DNA from: Reclinomonas americana ATCC 50394
Lineage: Eukaryota
Reading direction: 5' to 3'
Assembly (NCBI GenBank): GCA_048213135.1
Contig: PS015010.1
Location: 372,001 to 436,000 of the forward strand
DNA length: 64,000 nt
Part shown: one piece after another, positions 59,995 through 64,000 of the stretch
Position numbering within the stretch: the stretch's first letter is position 1
Layout: each line of letters begins with the position of its first letter
Position numbers and translations under genes: made by a program
The notes under the pieces: generated by a model
Told to the model about the DNA's origin: nothing
The model's database searches: none
Seen by the model: only the letters and a program-made list of their open reading frames with translations

Positions 59995-61083
59995 ATGCAA
60001 ACAGCAACCCAATCAATGAAAGAGAGTGTACAGGAACTCTGGCAGAAAAAGCCGCTTATCATCAGCGGCCCCTGCAGCGCAGAGACAGAACAACAGGTAT
60101 TGGACACCGCCACGCAGCTGGCAGCAACCGGGCAGGTAGATATGCTTCGTGCCGGCATCTGGAAACCCCGCACCAAACCCGGTATGTTTGAAGGCATCGG
60201 CACAAAAGGTCTGCCCTGGCTTTTACAGGCCAAAAAAATGACTGGTCTGCCTACAACAGTAGAGGTAGCCACTGCCAAACACGTGGAAGACGCCCTGCAA
60301 TTTGACGTGGATGTATTATGGATCGGTGCCCGCACCACGGTAAATCCTTTCAGCGTGCAGGAAGTGGCCGATGCCCTCCGCGGCATTGATATTCCCGTGC
60401 TCATCAAAAACCCCATCAACCCCGATCTCGAACTGTGGAGCGGTGGTATTGAACGGCTTCAAAAAGTGGGGCTTCAGCAGGTAGGTATGATCCACCGTGG
60501 TTTCTCGGCTTATGGCAATACGCAATACCGTAACGCACCCATGTGGCACCTGCCCATAGAAATGAAACGCCGGTTCCCGGGCATGCCCCTCATTTGTGAT
60601 CCTTCGCACATCTGCGGTAACCGTACACTCCTGCAGGACATTGCACAAAAAAGTATTGACCTCGATTTCAGCGGACTGATGCTGGAAAGTCATATCGACC
60701 CCGATAATGCCTGGAGCGATGCCAAACAACAGGTAACTCCCCAGCGCCTGTCGGAATTACTGGGCAGCCTGCTGTGGCGCAACGAGGTAAGTACCGAAGA
60801 AGAATTCATTACGGCCCTGAGCACTTTACGTGAACAGATCAACCATATCGATGATGAACTGCTTACCCTGCTGGGGCAGCGGATGAAGATCGCCGACCGT
60901 ATCGGTGAATACAAACGCAGTAACAACATCACCATCCTGCAAACCAACCGGTGGAATGAAATACTGGAAAGAGCATTCCAGAAAGGAGAGTTGCTGGGAC
61001 TGAGTAAAGAGTTTATCGTAAAATATTTTGACGCGGTGCACCTGGAAAGCATCAGTCACCAGAACCGGATCATGAACACCTAA
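59995..61083 (+). CDS. Bifunctional DAHP synthase (type I-beta) / C-terminal chorismate mutase
   Basis: ISGPCSAET, WKPRT, WIGART, DPSH and SDAKQQ, then LREQINHIDDELL CM domain. Confidence 0.93.
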   Translation: MQTATQSMKESVQELWQKKPLIISGPCSAETEQQVLDTATQLAATGQVDMLRAGIWKPRTKPGMFEGIGTKGLPWLLQAKKMTGLPTTVEVATAKHVEDALQFDVDVLWIGARTTVNPFSVQEVADALRGIDIPVLIKNPINPDLELWSGGIERLQKVGLQQVGMIHRGFSAYGNTQYRNAPMWHLPIEMKRRFPGMPLICDPSHICGNRTLLQDIAQKSIDLDFSGLMLESHIDPDNAWSDAKQQVTPQRLSELLGSLLWRNEVSTEEEFITALSTLREQINHIDDELLTLLGQRMKIADRIGEYKRSNNITILQTNRWNEILERAFQKGELLGLSKEFIVKYFDAVHLESISHQNRIMNT

Positions 61084-61092
61084 AACAGGTCT

Positions 61093-62121
61093 ATGCAAAA
61101 AAGCGAATACCTGTTTCCCGGCAAACAGGTCACCCATCACTGCTTTGGAGAGATTGAACAGCTGGAATTGTTGTACCCAAAGGAGCGGATCGTCGTCATA
61201 ACGGATACGAATGTACGCCGTTCTATAGGTAACCGCCTGGATGGATGGCGCATGATCGTGATCGAGCCCGGTGAAATACAAAAGCAGCAGGGTACTGTTG
61301 ATCATATCATCGGCGAACTGGTAAAGCTGGAAGCAGACCGCGATACCTGCATCATTGGAGTGGGTGGTGGCGTAATAACGGATATCGCAGGTTATGTGGC
61401 GGGCATCTATATGCGGGGTTTGAATTTTGGTTTTGTACCCACCAGCATACTCGCAGCTGTTGACGCGTCGATGGGTGGTAAGAATGGTATTGACAGGGGA
61501 TTGTATAAAAATCTTGTGGGACTGATCAGGCAACCGCCGTTTTTGCTGACCGATCTTTCACTGCTGAAAACTTTACCGCAGGAAGAATGGGTGAATGGTT
61601 TCGCGGAGATCATCAAACACGCCGCGATCAAAGACGAAGAGCTGTTTGAAGAACTGGAAAAGACTTCCCTGGAAACTTACCAAAACGATGAAGAAGCTTT
61701 ACAAAAGCTGATCGGCAGAAATGTAAAGATCAAAATGGGGGTCGTAACCCGCGACGAAACAGAACAGGGAGAAAGAAAACTCCTCAACTTCGGACATACT
61801 TTCGGGCATGCTGTCGAAAACCTGTACAACCTGCCGCACGGACATGCAATCAGCATAGGTATGAACATGGCGGCGGTATTATCTGAACAACTCAATGGGT
61901 TTTCTCCGGATAGTAAACTGCGCCTGCAACAATTGCTGACCCGCTATGGTTTACCCGTGTCTTACCCTTATGAAAAAGAAAAATTGCTTGACCTGCTGAA
62001 AATGGATAAAAAGCGCAGGCAGAACAGCATTCATTTTATTTTACTCAACCGTATTGGAGAGGCCGTTGTGCAACCTATTGCCATCGACAGGCTGTACCAA
62101 TTATTAAACGATCATTTATAA
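61093..62121 (+). CDS. aroB: 3-dehydroquinate synthase
   Basis: GGGVITD, DASMGGKNG, EIIKH, LNFGHTFGHA and HGHAI. Confidence 0.96.
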   Translation: MQKSEYLFPGKQVTHHCFGEIEQLELLYPKERIVVITDTNVRRSIGNRLDGWRMIVIEPGEIQKQQGTVDHIIGELVKLEADRDTCIIGVGGGVITDIAGYVAGIYMRGLNFGFVPTSILAAVDASMGGKNGIDRGLYKNLVGLIRQPPFLLTDLSLLKTLPQEEWVNGFAEIIKHAAIKDEELFEELEKTSLETYQNDEEALQKLIGRNVKIKMGVVTRDETEQGERKLLNFGHTFGHAVENLYNLPHGHAISIGMNMAAVLSEQLNGFSPDSKLRLQQLLTRYGLPVSYPYEKEKLLDLLKMDKKRRQNSIHFILLNRIGEAVVQPIAIDRLYQLLNDHL

Positions 62122-62122
62122 C

Positions 62123-63409
62123 GTGCAGGCCCAGATATTTCCTTCCACTTTATCAGGTACTTTACCGGCGCCGGTATCCAAAAGCAGTATGCAAAGGGCC
62201 TGTGCCGCGGCTTTGCTGCACACAGGTGAAACCATCATCCATAACCCCGGCAACAGCAACGATGATCTTGCGGCATTAGATGTGATCAGCAAGCTGGGAG
62301 CCGTCATTACCCGGAACGATGACGGTACCATCACCATAATAAGTGAAGGTGTGCAGCCAGTTGCGGAAACGATCAATTGCGGCGAAAGCGGCCTCGGAAT
62401 ACGCATGTTCACCCCGCTGGCGGCATTGGCTGCCCAGCATGTACGCATCACCGGTAGTGGCAGCCTGCTTACCCGCCCGATGGATTTTTTTGATACCGTA
62501 CTTCCGCAGTCAGGCGTTACCGTTAGTTCCAGACAAGGGCGGCTTCCTTTGGAAATAAAAGGACCCTTACAACCGGTGGATATTACCATCGACGGATCAC
62601 TGAGTTCGCAGTTCCTTACGGGTTTATTATTTGCCTATGGTCAATCCGTCACGGCGCCCGTTACCATAAATGTCACCAACCTCAGCAGCAAACCTTATAT
62701 CGATCTTACACTGGATGTGATGGAACGTTTTGGATATCGTGTAGTCAATGAAAATTATGAGCGCTTCATTATTTATCCTAAAGAGCATCCTCCTTTTCGT
62801 ATTGAATATACTGTGGAAGGGGACTGGAGCGGCGCGGCTTTCCTGCTGGTGGCCGGTGCTGTGGCCGGACCCGTAACCGTTACAGGACTGAATGTTTTTT
62901 CCACCCAGGCCGATAAAGCGGTACTGGGGCCACTGATGGCCTGCGGCGCCCTGGTTTCGATAGAAGAAACGCAGGTGAGTATTTCACCTGCCCCGTTAAA
63001 AGCTTTTCATTTTAATGCGAACGACTGTCCTGATCTTTTCCCCCCGCTTGCAGCGTTGGCATGCTACTGCGAAGGCCGTTCGGTTATTGAAGGCGTGGGC
63101 CGCTTACGGCATAAGGAAAGCGACAGGGGACTAACCATACAGGAGGAACTGGGTAAAATGGGTGTGAATGTCACGTTACAGGACGACCTTATGATCATCG
63201 ATGGTGGTGAAGCTGTAAAAAGCGCCCTGGTTCATTCCCGCCACGATCACCGCATCGCCATGGCATGTGCTGTTGCGGCATTGAAAGCCAGCGGACCGGT
63301 AACCATCGACAGTGCGGACGCCATTAATAAATCTTATCCCGGTTTTTTCAATGATTTGCAAATGCTGGGCGCAAACGTATCTTTACAAACAACATCAGCT
63401 ATATCGTGA
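62123..63409 (+). CDS. aroA: EPSP synthase
   Basis: SKSSMQR, GESGLGIR, SSQFLTG, KESDR and DHRIAMA. Confidence 0.96.
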   Translation: MQAQIFPSTLSGTLPAPVSKSSMQRACAAALLHTGETIIHNPGNSNDDLAALDVISKLGAVITRNDDGTITIISEGVQPVAETINCGESGLGIRMFTPLAALAAQHVRITGSGSLLTRPMDFFDTVLPQSGVTVSSRQGRLPLEIKGPLQPVDITIDGSLSSQFLTGLLFAYGQSVTAPVTINVTNLSSKPYIDLTLDVMERFGYRVVNENYERFIIYPKEHPPFRIEYTVEGDWSGAAFLLVAGAVAGPVTVTGLNVFSTQADKAVLGPLMACGALVSIEETQVSISPAPLKAFHFNANDCPDLFPPLAALACYCEGRSVIEGVGRLRHKESDRGLTIQEELGKMGVNVTLQDDLMIIDGGEAVKSALVHSRHDHRIAMACAVAALKASGPVTIDSADAINKSYPGFFNDLQMLGANVSLQTTSAIS

Positions 63410-64000
63410 ATTCATTCGGACGTATTTTCAGGATCAGTATTTTCGGCGAATCGCATGGAGAATGCGTAGGAATAACCATCGACGGTTGCCCGGCAGGACT
63501 TCCTTTAACCGCCACCGATTTTACCGAAGACATTGAAAGAAGAAAGGGTGGCACCAAAGGGACCACGCCCCGTAAAGAGGACGACATCCCCCAGATCAAA
63601 ACCGGTGTGTTCAATGGCTTTACCACCGGCGCCCCGCTCACCATTATTTTCGACAATACCAATACCCGCAGCAGTGATTATGTAAAGCAACGGGATATTC
63701 CACGCCCTGGCCATGCTGATTTTGTAGCCCATAAAAAATTCGGAGGATACGAGGATTACAGGGGTAGCGGGCATTTCAGCGGACGGCTTACCGTGGCGCT
63801 CGTAGCAGCCGGTGTGGTTGCCAAAAAGATCATGGGGCCGGTATCGGTGCAATCTTCCATCCTTGAAATTGGTGGAGAGACAGACCTGGACAAAGGCCTG
63901 CAAAAAGCGATCGGCGCCAAAGACAGCATCGGGGGTATCATTGAATGCCGGGTGTCTGGCTTACCGGTAGGATTGGGAGAGCCCTTTTTTGATTCCGCCG
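63406..64000 (+). CDS. aroC: Chorismate synthase (partial, runs off the window)
   Basis: GTG 63406 reads MNSFGRIFRISIFGESHG...IDGCPAG...RPGHAD...SGRLT. Confidence 0.95.
   Translation, partial: MNSFGRIFRISIFGESHGECVGITIDGCPAGLPLTATDFTEDIERRKGGTKGTTPRKEDDIPQIKTGVFNGFTTGAPLTIIFDNTNTRSSDYVKQRDIPRPGHADFVAHKKFGGYEDYRGSGHFSGRLTVALVAAGVVAKKIMGPVSVQSSILEIGGETDLDKGLQKAIGAKDSIGGIIECRVSGLPVGLGEPFFDSA

Overview
64 kb of chromosomal core genome from a Bacteroidota bacterium, most likely Chitinophagaceae (inferred from T9SS C-terminal domains, TAnnTTTG promoters, type III glutamine synthetase and the DAHP synthase-chorismate mutase fusion). It holds about 54 CDS, mostly housekeeping (def, ruvX, pyrG, proC, hldD, purL, GS-III, lysC, queA, amn, ubiX, lolA, mutS, rluD, lipB), and ends in an aromatic amino-acid operon (pheA, aminotransferase, tyrA, GNAT, DAHPS/CM, aroB, aroA, aroC). 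I saw no rRNA, tRNA, CRISPR, transposase or prophage. The most interesting signals are mostly unannotated or non-coding: (1) a ribosome-mediated attenuator whose leader peptide has eight consecutive aromatic codons (WFYFYYYF); (2) two tandem ~60-nt sRNA-like units behind an ECF-type promoter; (3) an ECF sigma factor, an anti-sigma-like protein fused to a trypsin-like protease, and a tiny lipoprotein, with a mirrored pair of matching promoters and a pseudoknot-like 3' UTR; (4) a three-gene operon for a T9SS-CTD adaptor, a 997-aa Gly-rich fibre with a phage-type autocleaving chaperone domain, and an Ala/Pro-rich secreted peptide; (5) 20-bp-period repeats inside the aro operon; (6) several families of 7/8-bp intergenic tandem repeats; (7) a PLP-enzyme gene frameshifted in an A9 run. 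All family assignments are from motif recognition by eye; no searches were run.
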